A program made the translations under genes and the position numbers. Below are positions 36,639 to 47,986 of a stretch of DNA of 64,000 nucleotides, piece by piece. Origin of the DNA: Patescibacteria group bacterium. Its GTDB lineage: Bacteria; Patescibacteriota; Patescibacteriia; UM-FILTER-42-10. Position 1 is the stretch's first letter. Each line of letters opens with the position of its first letter. The stretch spans positions 10,341 to 74,340 of the forward strand of contig JBAYGW010000004.1 of NCBI GenBank assembly GCA_041666485.1. The letters run 5' to 3'. The notes under the pieces were generated by a model, which did not search any database, had not been told where the DNA came from, and saw only the letters and a list, made by a program, of their open reading frames with translations.

Positions 36639-38091
36639 TAGAGGTAGTTTGTTTATTTGAAGATTTATCCAGAAACGGAAGTATTTCTTTAATTAGTTTA
36701 ATATCATAAGGCTCTAAAAATCGGATAAAATATAGTGCCAATAAATATGCTGATGTACTAATAATTGAATTAAAGACCACGTTCACTTTATCGGAAAGCT
36801 CAAAAAATATTATTGCCATTAATGATCCGCAAATAAGGGTCGGTAGCAGGTATTTTAAACTCTTGAGGATACCATGCTGAAAATATCTTTCAATATAAAC
36901 ATAAAACAGTATCCCGAGCACTAATTCGGATATTAGCGTGGCGATAGCGGATCCCGTGTAACTGTATAACGGAATTAGAAACAGGTTAAGCACAATATTC
37001 AGCCCGGCTGTAATTCCTTCTATTCCGGCTCGCACCTTTTGTTTATTGATTGCTGTAATTGATTCTGATGAACCGTAGGTAAAGAAACGGATAATAATGA
37101 TGACGCCCATTATTTGCATCACGATTGTGGCCGGAAGATATTCCGCGCCATAAACAATTTTAATAATTTGTTCTGCACCCAGCCACAGTATAACAGTAAT
37201 AGGAACAGCGATTGCCAGCAGAAATTTTTGTATCGTGTGGGTGATTCTGATCAGTTTTTCTTTATTGTTCAAACTGAACTTATATATTTGCGGTAGGGCA
37301 ACTTGGAATATAATCTGCGGTATCATGTAAAATGCCACGACTAGTCTATACGCGGCGGAATATAGTCCGACCTCAACTTCAGATTTCATAATTGAAAGCA
37401 TTACGGCATCAATCTGAAAATATACAATAAAAAAAACAGAAGAAATACAAAAGATCCATGAGCGTTTTAATAGGGAAGGAATCTCGCGTAACCTAACAAT
37501 TGGACGCACATATTTAAACACAAATATCAGATAGAATAAAAATAACAGCGCGGAAACAAAGAGCTGAATGTACGCAACTAATTTAACTTCGGGCTTATAG
37601 AATATGGCCGCCAGTACAAGCAGAAAAAATAATATGGAATAAATAATCTGTTGCCAGCTGATCAGGCTGAATTTTGTTAACGCCTGCAAAGTTGACTGAT
37701 AAATTTTTCTGCTTTCAAACAGCAGTTCTGCGATAGCTAATATGATAAAAAGCTCAACAATTACTCCCGAGTAACCGATTAATTTCACAATTATGGTCAT
37801 CAGGCCGAATAAGACCAACGAAAGCACGAGCTCAATGATTAATCCGTTCCCCAATAAAGTTCCTAATTTTTCCTTATCCCTTGATCCTTCCAGTAGGCTT
37901 AATCTGGAAACACCAAGGTCGTTGAATACCATAAATAAATTAACAAAAGCGATTACGGTAGCGTATTGACCGAATTGTTCTAGACCTAGGTATCTTGCCA
38001 GGAGTATTCCGATCAGGGCACTCATTACCCGGAAGAAAATACGCGAAAAAAGCATAAATAAAGTTGATGAAAATGCCTTTCTAATTGTCAT
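36631..38091 (-). CDS. wzx: Wzx-like polysaccharide biosynthesis/flippase protein (MOP superfamily)
   Basis: 486 aa with ~14 TM helices. N-terminus FSRIFFRVMSALIGILLARYLGLEQFGQYATVIAFVNLF is typical of Polysacc_synt. Confidence 0.7.
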   Translation of the reverse strand: MTIRKAFSSTLFMLFSRIFFRVMSALIGILLARYLGLEQFGQYATVIAFVNLFMVFNDLGVSRLSLLEGSRDKEKLGTLLGNGLIIELVLSLVLFGLMTIIVKLIGYSGVIVELFIILAIAELLFESRKIYQSTLQALTKFSLISWQQIIYSILFFLLVLAAIFYKPEVKLVAYIQLFVSALLFLFYLIFVFKYVRPIVRLREIPSLLKRSWIFCISSVFFIVYFQIDAVMLSIMKSEVEVGLYSAAYRLVVAFYMIPQIIFQVALPQIYKFSLNNKEKLIRITHTIQKFLLAIAVPITVILWLGAEQIIKIVYGAEYLPATIVMQIMGVIIIIRFFTYGSSESITAINKQKVRAGIEGITAGLNIVLNLFLIPLYSYTGSAIATLISELVLGILFYVYIERYFQHGILKSLKYLLPTLICGSLMAIIFFELSDKVNVVFNSIISTSAYLLALYFIRFLEPYDIKLIKEILPFLDKSSNKQTTSNE

Positions 38092-38274
38092 GATTTCAGA
38101 CTATGTTGGTAAAATGACAGTTTAATTCAGATGCAAGTATATCAGAAAATTGACCTCATGAAAAGATATAATTAATTGGTAATAAACCCAAAATAGGCAT
38201 ATATAATTATTTAGTAAAATATAAAAAATTATGTTTGACCAATGAGTAAATTGCTCATATAATTAGAGTAATTT

Positions 38275-39783
38275 ATGATCTATAAGAAATGTCTAACTAT
38301 TTTGCTTTGGGTGATTAAAATAGCTGCTTTAGGTGCATCCGTGATGCTTTTTGTAATGGTTTTTAACCGATATTTTGTACCACTTGGTAAGTTGGAAGTT
38401 GCTTATGATTTTACAGAAGGTTCGGATTACATTTCCAAATTGGAACCTTGGCAGAGACTATTACCCCCCGAAGAATCAAATGGGGATTGGTCACAGGCCA
38501 TGAAAGATGATCTGGTGTATTTTGATGTTAAAATTCCCCGGTGGTTTCAGTCTGTTTCGGCTGAGATAACATTTCAAAACAATGCCGTACCGATTTTGGA
38601 AATCGGGGCGCGAGCCGATTTGGCGGGTAATTATCTTTCAGCGCCGTTGCAGAATAAATTGATTGATTCATTGGAATGGAGTAAGAGTTTGCTTAGTGAG
38701 ACAACTCTCTATCAAAGAAACAATAAATACTCGGATGTAACAAGCTTCGTGCAGCAACCACCGAATAAGGAGATTATCGGAGAATATTTTTATGACCTTA
38801 AGTTAGACAAAATAATTTCCGGTTATAAAAAATCCCAGAAGGAAACAATTATAGACAGAAGCCTTCGGGGAAAGCATACGCTGTATACGTATCTGAAAGA
38901 TGAGGAATTGAATTTTAGTTTTGATAAGTTTGATTTGAATTGGTATGCCGGACCGGATGATCTTAAAATTGAAGTGTACAGGCAAAATAACGGGGAAAAA
39001 ATTTATAGCGCAAGCTTGGAGGATGACGGGGATGTCGGGATTACCGGTATTTATCAGCCTGTTCAGAATCTGTCTGTCAAAATTCCGAATTTAGAAGAGG
39101 GTGTTTATCGTATTGAAATAGGTGCAAACGAAGATACAGTTGTTAACAAAATATCTACAAGACAAAGTTTGATCGTTTTTGCCAGATCAATTTTCCTGAT
39201 TGATAATGAAGAATATTATAAAAACATAACTCCGGGCAGTAGACCCACTAAACTTTTTACAGCTTCTTCCACTGTAGCCTTTAAGACTTCTCATCCTGCC
39301 GGATTGCAGAAGGTTATAGCCGACAATCAGTCTGTTAATATTGATGTGGTGAATAGGGATTTTAAATTTCAAAATAATTCCGGATTAATGCAAATCAGCA
39401 TACCCAGTAACGATTTAACTTTAAACTTCAGCGGATTCGTGGCATTTGCGTCAAGTCAGTATTTTAACCCTTTCCCTGAAAACATTGTAGGTATTAATAG
39501 TAATACGGATGTTGAATCTTTGGATTATGTAATTACGAAATATCTGACGCCCAGGAGTGCGGGGGATTGGCTTGTCAATTCAGCAACGTTTGATTTAAAT
39601 AAATTGTATAAGGACAAAAACGATAATATCAGGTTAAGGATCAGCGCGCCTTTGTTAAGCGGTACGGGCGGAGTAGTAAAAATAAGCGAGATAAGAATCA
39701 GCTATGAGAAACCTCCCTTAACCTTACAGAATCTACCAAATAAAATTAAATCATATTTAAATGAATTATTCACCAGGAATTAG
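38275..39783 (+). CDS. Hypothetical membrane-anchored extracytoplasmic protein
   Basis: N-terminal TM helix ILLWVIKIAALGASVMLFVMVF followed by a 470-aa soluble domain with no motif. Confidence 0.5.
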   Translation: MIYKKCLTILLWVIKIAALGASVMLFVMVFNRYFVPLGKLEVAYDFTEGSDYISKLEPWQRLLPPEESNGDWSQAMKDDLVYFDVKIPRWFQSVSAEITFQNNAVPILEIGARADLAGNYLSAPLQNKLIDSLEWSKSLLSETTLYQRNNKYSDVTSFVQQPPNKEIIGEYFYDLKLDKIISGYKKSQKETIIDRSLRGKHTLYTYLKDEELNFSFDKFDLNWYAGPDDLKIEVYRQNNGEKIYSASLEDDGDVGITGIYQPVQNLSVKIPNLEEGVYRIEIGANEDTVVNKISTRQSLIVFARSIFLIDNEEYYKNITPGSRPTKLFTASSTVAFKTSHPAGLQKVIADNQSVNIDVVNRDFKFQNNSGLMQISIPSNDLTLNFSGFVAFASSQYFNPFPENIVGINSNTDVESLDYVITKYLTPRSAGDWLVNSATFDLNKLYKDKNDNIRLRISAPLLSGTGGVVKISEIRISYEKPPLTLQNLPNKIKSYLNELFTRN

Positions 39784-39987
39784 ATGAATCTGCAATGGAT
39801 TAAAGAAACCAAAATATTCATCGGTAAAGCAAGCTGGTTTGTGTTTGTAGTATCCTTGATTGATTATATTATTTTGTTTACTTTTAATTCTATAGCCAAC
39901 AACTTCCTTAACGCATTTTTTGACATCAAAAGTATAATGGTAGTTGTTGTTGTCTCAGGGTTACTTTGTGTTTTGTCCAGGGAATAA
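39784..39987 (+). CDS. Small hydrophobic protein (translationally coupled to the upstream gene)
   Basis: The ATG directly abuts the TAG of the upstream gene. Two predicted TM helices. Confidence 0.35.
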   Translation: MNLQWIKETKIFIGKASWFVFVVSLIDYIILFTFNSIANNFLNAFFDIKSIMVVVVVSGLLCVLSRE

Positions 39988-40004
39988 CTGATTTTGTAAT
40001 CATA

Positions 40005-40026
40005 AAACACCATTTAAGGTGTTTTT
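40005..40026. terminator. Bidirectional terminator between convergent genes
   Basis: aaAACACC-attta-GGTGTTtttgtgttttt. Confidence 0.45.
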
Positions 40027-40052
40027 GTGTTTTTGAATATTAACAACATCTA

Positions 40053-43049
40053 TTATTGGTTTGCATATATTTTCATATTGCTTATCCAGATAGGGCAATT
40101 TTGTTCATTGTTTTCTGTGTGCAAGATTCCGATTGTCAGTTGGTTAATACCTTTTTGTAGCAGATCTTTGGATGTTGTGGTAATTTGTTTAAAATCCGAA
40201 CCTCCAATAGTGAATGAGTTATTTAACTCGCCGTTTATCATTATCGTGCCCGAATTGCCTTCTTCCGTGCATGTTCTGGCGTCAAAAGACAGATCAATAT
40301 ACATCTCTTCAGAAGCATAAAGATATATATTCGCTTCATCATTAATTTTCCTTCTTTTATTTGTGCCAAGTTTATTTTCCAGAATATCCCAACCACTGCT
40401 GATGACAAATGGCACGCTGTCATTACTGCCAATTTCATTTATTTTATAAATAATGTAATCATGTCCATCTATTTTTTGTACTGATGGAATTATTTCTTCA
40501 AGATAATTTGACAGCTCTTCCCCCACATCGGTATTAATGATGTTCTTATCAAGATAGATGTATCCGATCTCTTTGTCTTTTAGTATTTTGGCAACATTGT
40601 CTTTATAGTAATTGATTTCACGAATGTCGCGGAAGGACAATAATTTTTTATCACCGTAGGGTAAATGAAACAGCTCATTGATCAGTGGTAGGGTATCAAG
40701 CAATTTCTGATTGCCACTACGATCTAGCTCAATGAAGTCCCGCAGTGAAATTACTGGATGGTTATTTATTTTTTGTATATTACTGCCATCTTCATTTATG
40801 GAGTCTGACTGGATAGGGGGATTCAGCATTAAAACAGCTTGAGTGTCACTATTGTCAAGATAGTTGAAATCAGAATGCATTTCTACCTTTTCAGTGATGG
40901 TTTTGTAATGTATATTTTTGAAATACACCCGTGGATCTTTACCTGGTTTGTTGATATTTAATACTTTGATGTATATAGTACTTTCGCCTGAAGGAATGTT
41001 TTGTAGTTTAATATTGGTTGTGGTGCTATTTTCATAAGCAAAATGCTTCCCGATTATTTGGTTGTTATAATAAAATTCCACTACGTTGTACTCGTCATTA
41101 TAGGAATTAATTTCCAGATCAATCAGTAGATTTGCATCATAAGCATTTAAATTAAATATCTTTAACTCAGCTTCATTAGTAATTTTTCTGTTGCGATCTT
41201 TAGTGTTAAAATCTTCCCATCCGTTACCAATGGCAATATATGCGGAATCTGGCTTTATTTCCTGTTTTATTTTGTATGCGTAAATATAACTATCTTGATA
41301 TCTTTCTTCAATTAAAAAGTTGTTTTCAATAAATGCCTGAAGACTGTTAAAATTTTCCGGCTCAATATAATCCAAGCCTGTTCCGATAAATTCTTTTTGA
41401 ATTACTAAATAGGGGATATGGTAATAAGTAAATATGCTATTGGCCAGCTGTTTATAATCATGGTTGATAATATCCCTTGGAATTTCATTGCCACTTGGAA
41501 GGTTATATAGTATTTCCGATAGCACGGGTGTATTGGCTTGAAAATCCCAGTTTCCTTCTATTTTTCTTGCAGGATCCAGGCCTGATATACGTTCTTTCTG
41601 ATATATTGATGAATAGTATCGTGTTTTAGCGTCCGCCAGATAATTCGTAGAAGCGGGTAAGTCTACAACGCCAAAATCGCCGTTTTCAGCCTTAAGTTGG
41701 TCATAGAAAGGAGAATAGTTAAGAGAGGAGGTTGGTATCGGGATAGCCAAAAATTCTACCGAAAGCATCAAGATTACAAGGGTGGCAAGCGCAAACTGTA
41801 GTTTATACTTTTGGACTATTTTATTGCTGAATAAATATTGCATCCCGAACGCTATGGCAATTGAAAAGCAAAGCAGGGCGATTACCCAAAACCTTCCGAC
41901 GGACCGGATGTTTTCAAAGAATGGAACGTACTTATAAATCAGCAAATAGGGGAGGGGAATTTTTGGTTCAATAGTTCCCGCAAAATGAAGAAATGGTCCA
42001 AGGGAAAGGATAAAAAAACCAATAGCAGACACTGACCAAAAAAGAATTTCTTTAACCTTATTTCTTTTATAAAGGATTAAAGCAAAGATAAATAGAGCTA
42101 TAGCCGTGAAGCCTATGTAGTTTGAATTTTCCGCCGGATTTCCGGTAAACAGATCTCTTAAGGGTTTAAAAAAATCGGAAAAAACAGTGCTAAATATAGG
42201 TGGAGTAATAATTGAAAGCGCGTCTGATGAGTATCTGATTGTCTGTTCAATGCCGGGATTCAAATAGTTTTCGTTTGAGGTTGAAATATTGATCAGCGGA
42301 ATATAATACCAAAGTAGAACAGATATTCCGATAATTATTCCAAGCATAGTATATCTTCGGAATAACATATTTTTTACCACTTTGCGGTTGGCATTAAGAT
42401 AAAAAATCAGAAAGGGTGTTAAGAATATGAAAAAGAATACAGCAAAATGTGGTTCTCCCTTAATCAGCAAAATAAAAAACAATCCTGATAGCAGAAGATA
42501 TTTCAAAGAAGGTTTTTTTATAAACTTCATGATATATAAAACGGTGAAGGGGATCCATTCAATATGTATCGCTCCTCTGAAACCGCTCCAAGCAAAATGA
42601 GCCGGGCTGAAAGTATAAATAAAACCTGCGATGAATGCGGAAATTTGTGACTGTACTCCAGTGAGCTTCAGTTGAGATAAAATATACTTTGTCAGCAAAT
42701 ATACCCCGAATCCTGATGCAACAAAAGAAAAAAACCAAAATAGATTATATCCTAAAGGTTCGCCAAATAAAAACATGAAGTATGTGTGAATCGTTACAGG
42801 ATCCAAATTGATATTGCTAATTGTGTCCCAAATTCCATTTAAATACCCCAGTTCTTTTAACCTGCCAAAATTTTTTATTATTTCAGCTAAACTCTGGAAT
42901 ACGTCACCGCCATCACCGATAATTCTATTCTTGAAATTCAGTATAAGAGGGAATGTCAGAAGTAAAGAAAATATGGAATACAAAAAAACAATAAAGATAT
43001 TTTGTATATATATTGATTTATTTCTCTCGGGTTTTCGGTCTTTGTTCAC
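40053..43049 (-). CDS. Very large polytopic membrane protein (998 aa), putative GT-C-like glycosyltransferase with a ~550-aa extracytoplasmic C-terminal domain
   Basis: About 13 TM helices in the N-terminal 450 aa. The first loop carries IGDGGDVFQSL. The large soluble C-terminal domain has no recognisable motif. Confidence 0.4.
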   Translation of the reverse strand: MNKDRKPERNKSIYIQNIFIVFLYSIFSLLLTFPLILNFKNRIIGDGGDVFQSLAEIIKNFGRLKELGYLNGIWDTISNINLDPVTIHTYFMFLFGEPLGYNLFWFFSFVASGFGVYLLTKYILSQLKLTGVQSQISAFIAGFIYTFSPAHFAWSGFRGAIHIEWIPFTVLYIMKFIKKPSLKYLLLSGLFFILLIKGEPHFAVFFFIFLTPFLIFYLNANRKVVKNMLFRRYTMLGIIIGISVLLWYYIPLINISTSNENYLNPGIEQTIRYSSDALSIITPPIFSTVFSDFFKPLRDLFTGNPAENSNYIGFTAIALFIFALILYKRNKVKEILFWSVSAIGFFILSLGPFLHFAGTIEPKIPLPYLLIYKYVPFFENIRSVGRFWVIALLCFSIAIAFGMQYLFSNKIVQKYKLQFALATLVILMLSVEFLAIPIPTSSLNYSPFYDQLKAENGDFGVVDLPASTNYLADAKTRYYSSIYQKERISGLDPARKIEGNWDFQANTPVLSEILYNLPSGNEIPRDIINHDYKQLANSIFTYYHIPYLVIQKEFIGTGLDYIEPENFNSLQAFIENNFLIEERYQDSYIYAYKIKQEIKPDSAYIAIGNGWEDFNTKDRNRKITNEAELKIFNLNAYDANLLIDLEINSYNDEYNVVEFYYNNQIIGKHFAYENSTTTNIKLQNIPSGESTIYIKVLNINKPGKDPRVYFKNIHYKTITEKVEMHSDFNYLDNSDTQAVLMLNPPIQSDSINEDGSNIQKINNHPVISLRDFIELDRSGNQKLLDTLPLINELFHLPYGDKKLLSFRDIREINYYKDNVAKILKDKEIGYIYLDKNIINTDVGEELSNYLEEIIPSVQKIDGHDYIIYKINEIGSNDSVPFVISSGWDILENKLGTNKRRKINDEANIYLYASEEMYIDLSFDARTCTEEGNSGTIMINGELNNSFTIGGSDFKQITTTSKDLLQKGINQLTIGILHTENNEQNCPIWISNMKIYANQ

Positions 43050-43180
43050 AATATAATATGCTAATTAAACGTAACTGAATATTAGCAGTAAAACATCAGT
43101 AATTCAAGTTTTGTACATACGTTCGTAATATGATATATTTGGGTGGAAAGTAGGCTGTCTTAATCAGTGAAAATGCATTT

Positions 43181-45559
43181 GTGAACGTAAATTTTCTTAA
43201 ACTACAAAATAAAGTTTTGATTCGGCGCAAATATCACAGGTTGCATAGATTTGCATATCTCATGTCTTTTTTAGGAATTGTTGGTACTGCCATAATTCTT
43301 TTTTTACAGCTTCCTATAATGCAGAAGTTTGCATGGTCGCTAAATGCGGATGTATTTATGTTTTTGTTTATTTTGCTGGATTTTATAATTGTGTTTGGTA
43401 CATTATCAAATAGAAAGTTCGTTCGGAACAATTCCTGGATTTGTTTGTTTCTTTTTCTTATATTGTTAAATTCAATTTGGGAAATTGCAGGGCGGACATA
43501 TGAAGGTGTTTATCAGTTTAATATTTGGCAGAATTATTTGATTTTGTTTGCTGGATTGCTTTTTTTGGAGCCGGTGAAGAATTATATTAGGAATGTATAT
43601 AATGAGCCAATCAGTATTGGTATTGATTTTAATAAAGCAAAGGAAGATGAAGAAAAGTCAGAGGGGAAAAGAATTGAACAATTCAGTAAAAAACATAAAG
43701 TACTAAATTCGGTTCCATTAGTGAATAAATTAGTAAAATGGTTTTATAAGCAGGGCAAAGTTTACAGTATTGGATTGATATCTATTTTCATTTTAGGATT
43801 ATTGATTCGGCTAATACTTGCAGTAAAGGGAGGAATTGATTTTGATGAGGGGATTCATATTTATGATGCAAAAATGGTTTTTGATGGACTGTTACCGTTC
43901 CGGGATTATTTTACCAGGGAACCATATTATATATATTTACTAGCGATTTTTGTTAAAATATTTGGTGCAAATTTACTGACATCTCGTTTATTATCTGTTA
44001 TTTTTTCCAGTCTCACGATTTTTGTTATTTATACCATCGGGAAAAGTATTTCCTCCAGAAAGGTTGGGTTGCTTTCTGCTAGTTTTTTTGCAGTTTCACC
44101 TTTTGTAATCTATAACACTTATTTGGGGAATCTATATGGAGTGTATCCGTTTGTGTTATCCATACTAGTTTTATCTACACTAAATATTCTGAAAAATAAA
44201 GGCAATTCAAATATAGTGTTGGCCGGAATTATTGCCGGTCTGGCCGCGCATTTTTATCGGATAACTATTTTCTATTTTCCGATTGTTGGATTTATGTTTG
44301 GACTAAGATATGCAAGTGATTTTGGTTTAAAAAAATTGCTTAAATACTATATTTTTCTATCAATTCCATTTTTCTTTCCAATAATATTTTTTTCCTACTA
44401 TGCCGGGTACAAAAACTTTGAAATTATATATGGAACAAACGAGCTTCTGATAGGTTATGTATTTATATTTATTGGATACTTGGTAGGAGTAATAAAGGTT
44501 AAATGGTTTTCAAGCAAAAAATCCAACATATTCTTGGCCGCTATTACACCTCTAGCTATAGTTGGATTATATATTGTTTCTATGTATAAATTTGGAGCAG
44601 GATTTGAGAATAAGATTAAAATTTTATTTGATTCACTTATAAAAAATTATCATTACATATTTTTAATTCTGTTTGCCATAATGGTATACATTAAGAATAT
44701 GTTTTCAAATAAGTTATATTTGTATAAAATCCTAATAGCTCTGTCTGTCTTTATTATGGTTTTGATTGCATATCTTGGGTATGTTTCTCCGGAGGGGCTT
44801 CAACTTTGGGGTGTCAGTATATTGACATTTGATTTCAAATATTTATTTTTTATATTGATAATATGTTCTCTTTCAGCGCTGCTATTCTTACTATCAAAAT
44901 TCAATTTCAATAAAATAAAATTCCCCAACGAAATGGGAACTTTGTTACTAATTTTCTTTGCGCCGATACCTTTCTTTATTGTCAGTGCCCAGTGGTTTGC
45001 CGGCTACTTTTTACCATTTACTGTTGTAGGCAGCATTATCGCAATTATTGGCATAATTATTTTATCCAGAATTTATAAATTTCTGAATTTAATTGCAAAA
45101 TTATTTCTTATTATTATCATATTAGGCACGTGGTATTTCTCCGTATCAATTTATGTAAATAGTCCAATCCGCCAGCGATCACTTTGGAGTCAAAAATCGT
45201 ACATTGAAATAGGAGAATATATTCGGGAGAACACAAGTGAAAACGAAGAGGTATTTACGAATGCACTGGTATATGTTGTTCCCAACAATCGCAGGTCAGT
45301 AATGGATCTATCACGAATTTCACTATACGCAATCAGTCCGGTTGATATGCCGGATTATATCGGTACGGCAAAGAATCTGGTTCCTTCCGGTGAATTGGCT
45401 ACCTATGTGAAGAATAACGTAAATATTATTCTCATGGACAGTCGGACAAAGGTAATATTCAAAACTAATTCTGATTTCGCAGATATTTTGGACGGATATC
45501 ACATAGATAAAAGCTGGCCGGAATATGAAATTTCCGCCTGGAAAAAAAATATCAAATGA
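43181..45559 (+). CDS. PMT/ArnT-like GT-C glycosyltransferase (GT39/GT83-type)
   Basis: The first periplasmic loop has FDEGIHIYDAKMVFDG, a DE-motif as in dolichyl-phosphate-mannose protein mannosyltransferases and ArnT. 792 aa with many TM helices. The start is GTG 43181 or a downstream Met (43259). Confidence 0.6.
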   Translation: MNVNFLKLQNKVLIRRKYHRLHRFAYLMSFLGIVGTAIILFLQLPIMQKFAWSLNADVFMFLFILLDFIIVFGTLSNRKFVRNNSWICLFLFLILLNSIWEIAGRTYEGVYQFNIWQNYLILFAGLLFLEPVKNYIRNVYNEPISIGIDFNKAKEDEEKSEGKRIEQFSKKHKVLNSVPLVNKLVKWFYKQGKVYSIGLISIFILGLLIRLILAVKGGIDFDEGIHIYDAKMVFDGLLPFRDYFTREPYYIYLLAIFVKIFGANLLTSRLLSVIFSSLTIFVIYTIGKSISSRKVGLLSASFFAVSPFVIYNTYLGNLYGVYPFVLSILVLSTLNILKNKGNSNIVLAGIIAGLAAHFYRITIFYFPIVGFMFGLRYASDFGLKKLLKYYIFLSIPFFFPIIFFSYYAGYKNFEIIYGTNELLIGYVFIFIGYLVGVIKVKWFSSKKSNIFLAAITPLAIVGLYIVSMYKFGAGFENKIKILFDSLIKNYHYIFLILFAIMVYIKNMFSNKLYLYKILIALSVFIMVLIAYLGYVSPEGLQLWGVSILTFDFKYLFFILIICSLSALLFLLSKFNFNKIKFPNEMGTLLLIFFAPIPFFIVSAQWFAGYFLPFTVVGSIIAIIGIIILSRIYKFLNLIAKLFLIIIILGTWYFSVSIYVNSPIRQRSLWSQKSYIEIGEYIRENTSENEEVFTNALVYVVPNNRRSVMDLSRISLYAISPVDMPDYIGTAKNLVPSGELATYVKNNVNIILMDSRTKVIFKTNSDFADILDGYHIDKSWPEYEISAWKKNIK

Positions 45560-45568
45560 TATGACAAA

Positions 45569-46459
45569 TTATGTTTTCTTGTTTTTTAAAAAAGATATGA
45601 TTTGAGCTTTCTCAAATGTAGCGTTCAGATAAATGTTGTTCAGCCTGAACAGTTTTCCGAAAAACATGGCAATAATGTCTTTTAGAATAATCAGTTTGAG
45701 GAAGTCTGGGTTGCTCCACAGATTATTCAGTTCTGGATGGAGATTAAGTAATATATTTTTGTTTCTTCCCGCCGACTCCTGCCTTTTAATATAGCTATCA
45801 ATATCAGCATAAAAATGGTCATGGTATACTACTGCTTTTTGATTGTAGTGTATTTTGTAGCCTAATTTTTCCAGCCGGTAACCAAGCTCAATATCCTCCA
45901 GATTACAGCCGGGAAAGCCCTCGTGAAATTTCTCCTGCTTTAAAATATCCGCTGGAACAGAGATGTTTGATGTGTAAAATCTCCGATATCCGACATCTGT
46001 GATATTTTTTATTCTGAAATCAAACTGGGGTCCGGTCGGAGAAATAAATCTCATCAGGCTGTTCAGTTTTAAATTCTTGTACCAGTCAACAAAGCCCAGG
46101 ACACTTATCTCTGCGCCGGCATTTTTATGACTTCGCAGATGTTCGGACAGCAAATCAGCATCTGCATATGTATCATCGCCCAGGAATATTATATACTGAC
46201 CAATGGCATTATCTATCCCCATATTACGTGCGGCTGCGGCACCTTTGTTGTTTTGGATCAAATATAATAATTCAAATGAGTAATTATTTTTCAATGAAGC
46301 GATGTTTTTATATTCTGGTTGAGTGGATCCGTCATTGATTATAATTACTTCAAATTCTTGTTTGGAGAATGACTGATTTTCCAACGACTTCAAAACTTTT
46401 ACAAGTTTTTCAAAACGGTTAAATGTGGGGATTATTATGGAAAAAGTATATTTGGACAT
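45569..46459 (-). CDS. GT2 glycosyltransferase
   Basis: FSIIIPTFNRFEKLVKVLKSLENQ...EVIIINDGSTQPEY...GDDT (DxD-like). ATG 46459 follows the upstream TAA, so there is no overlap. The longer ORF start at 46534 is rejected. Confidence 0.75.
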   Translation of the reverse strand: MSKYTFSIIIPTFNRFEKLVKVLKSLENQSFSKQEFEVIIINDGSTQPEYKNIASLKNNYSFELLYLIQNNKGAAAARNMGIDNAIGQYIIFLGDDTYADADLLSEHLRSHKNAGAEISVLGFVDWYKNLKLNSLMRFISPTGPQFDFRIKNITDVGYRRFYTSNISVPADILKQEKFHEGFPGCNLEDIELGYRLEKLGYKIHYNQKAVVYHDHFYADIDSYIKRQESAGRNKNILLNLHPELNNLWSNPDFLKLIILKDIIAMFFGKLFRLNNIYLNATFEKAQIISFLKNKKT

Positions 46460-46463
46460 TAAA

Positions 46464-47150
46464 TTATTTTTCAATAAAATATATCTTTCTGTAACATTTG
46501 CCGGAATTAACTGAAGAGGCAAGTTTTCTAACAAAATCTGATTTTGATCTAGAAATTTTGCTTGAAATTTTATTCAGCAGGGGGAGGCTCTCAAATATAA
46601 CCAGAAGAAAATGGAATATGACATTTTCGTTTTTTACTACAGAGTATTTATAGCTCCTTTGTTTCAGAATTTCATCAATAAAGTACTCGGACGGATATTC
46701 ATTGGATAAATGTTCGGTCAGCCATAACGGCGCCTTTCTGCCGAATAGCCGGTAATATTTATTGATACGCTTATCCATTTTTTTTGCCGGTTCGCCACAA
46801 GGGAAACCGATCACGGCATATTTGCCGGCGACTCTTAATATTTCATTCACTGATTGTTCCCGTGCCGACTGGCTGATATGTTCAAATGTATCAAGTGAAA
46901 ATACCAAATCAATACTAGATGATTCCAGCGGGATCCGGTCGGCGCTTGCCACTATTTGACGCATTTTGGTATTTCTGTTTTCTTTTATTTTTTTACTATA
47001 ATCATCAAAAGTTGTATCAATACCGATAAAATCAATATCCAAAAACCGTCCGATACCATAACTACCGCTGCCTATTTCACACACTGAATCCAGTTTATTG
47101 TCGGTTATATATTTGATTATAGGAATGTATCTGACTAGCTGGTTTAACAT
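46464..47150 (-). CDS. Class I SAM-dependent methyltransferase
   Basis: VCEIGSGSYGIGRFL (motif I), then a DLVFSLDTFEHI region. Confidence 0.7.
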   Translation of the reverse strand: MLNQLVRYIPIIKYITDNKLDSVCEIGSGSYGIGRFLDIDFIGIDTTFDDYSKKIKENRNTKMRQIVASADRIPLESSSIDLVFSLDTFEHISQSAREQSVNEILRVAGKYAVIGFPCGEPAKKMDKRINKYYRLFGRKAPLWLTEHLSNEYPSEYFIDEILKQRSYKYSVVKNENVIFHFLLVIFESLPLLNKISSKISRSKSDFVRKLASSVNSGKCYRKIYFIEK

Positions 47151-47164
47151 ATATAAGGAAGATA

Positions 47165-47986
47165 TTATTTTTTAATTGCTACAGCCCAAATGTTATTAGC
47201 GAATATTTCTCTCAAAAAGGGAAATAACGATGGGGTAAGAAGTAAATATCGAAATATCCCAATGGGGCTTTTGAGTAAGAAAAGGTCACTGAGATATGCT
47301 TTTTTAATGACAAAATTAGCACGAACTAAGTTAGATTTTACTGATGCTAACGTTTGCTCGTTTACATGCATGATTTTGTCATAAGGTATGCGCGGATCAT
47401 CATCATACCTAATTTTTCTTTTTAAGAATGGTTCAAATAATACTTTACTCAAAATATGATAAATGTGTTTTGTGTAATACTTGTAGCCGATTTCAAAATA
47501 TTTTTTATTAGGATATGTGTGTACAACTATTCTGCCACCCGGCTTTAATACGCGGAAGATTTCGTTCAAAGCCTGATCAACTTCTTCCTGGTACAAATGT
47601 TCAATAACATCAAGGAAATATACCATATCAAAGGTGTTATCAGAGAAGGGGAGTATTTTAGACGTTTGATGTGCAATTTTGATCCTATTTTGGATTTCTA
47701 TATTGCACGCTGAGCGTGCTTCTTCGGCTAGTGAAATTGCATCTGAAGCATAGTCGATCCCCCAAATATATGCTCCGTGTTGAGCTGATTGAACCAGCAT
47801 TTCTCCCCGACCGCAGCCATAGTCCAATATCTTTTCTCCAGGTTTGATTTCAGCCAGTTTCACGGACTTTTGCAGACGTTTATCAACCTTTTTTCCTTTA
47901 TATGTTTCCCATATTCCCGCACTTCCGCATCCTTCATCGGTTGTAAAATATTGTTTATCGTATTCCTTCTGGTCTACTTGTTTCAT
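47165..47986 (-). CDS. Class I SAM-dependent methyltransferase
   Basis: ILDYGCGRGEMLVQSAQHGAYIWGIDYS...FDMVYFLDVIEHL...LKPGGRIVV. Confidence 0.75.
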   Translation of the reverse strand: MKQVDQKEYDKQYFTTDEGCGSAGIWETYKGKKVDKRLQKSVKLAEIKPGEKILDYGCGRGEMLVQSAQHGAYIWGIDYASDAISLAEEARSACNIEIQNRIKIAHQTSKILPFSDNTFDMVYFLDVIEHLYQEEVDQALNEIFRVLKPGGRIVVHTYPNKKYFEIGYKYYTKHIYHILSKVLFEPFLKRKIRYDDDPRIPYDKIMHVNEQTLASVKSNLVRANFVIKKAYLSDLFLLKSPIGIFRYLLLTPSLFPFLREIFANNIWAVAIKK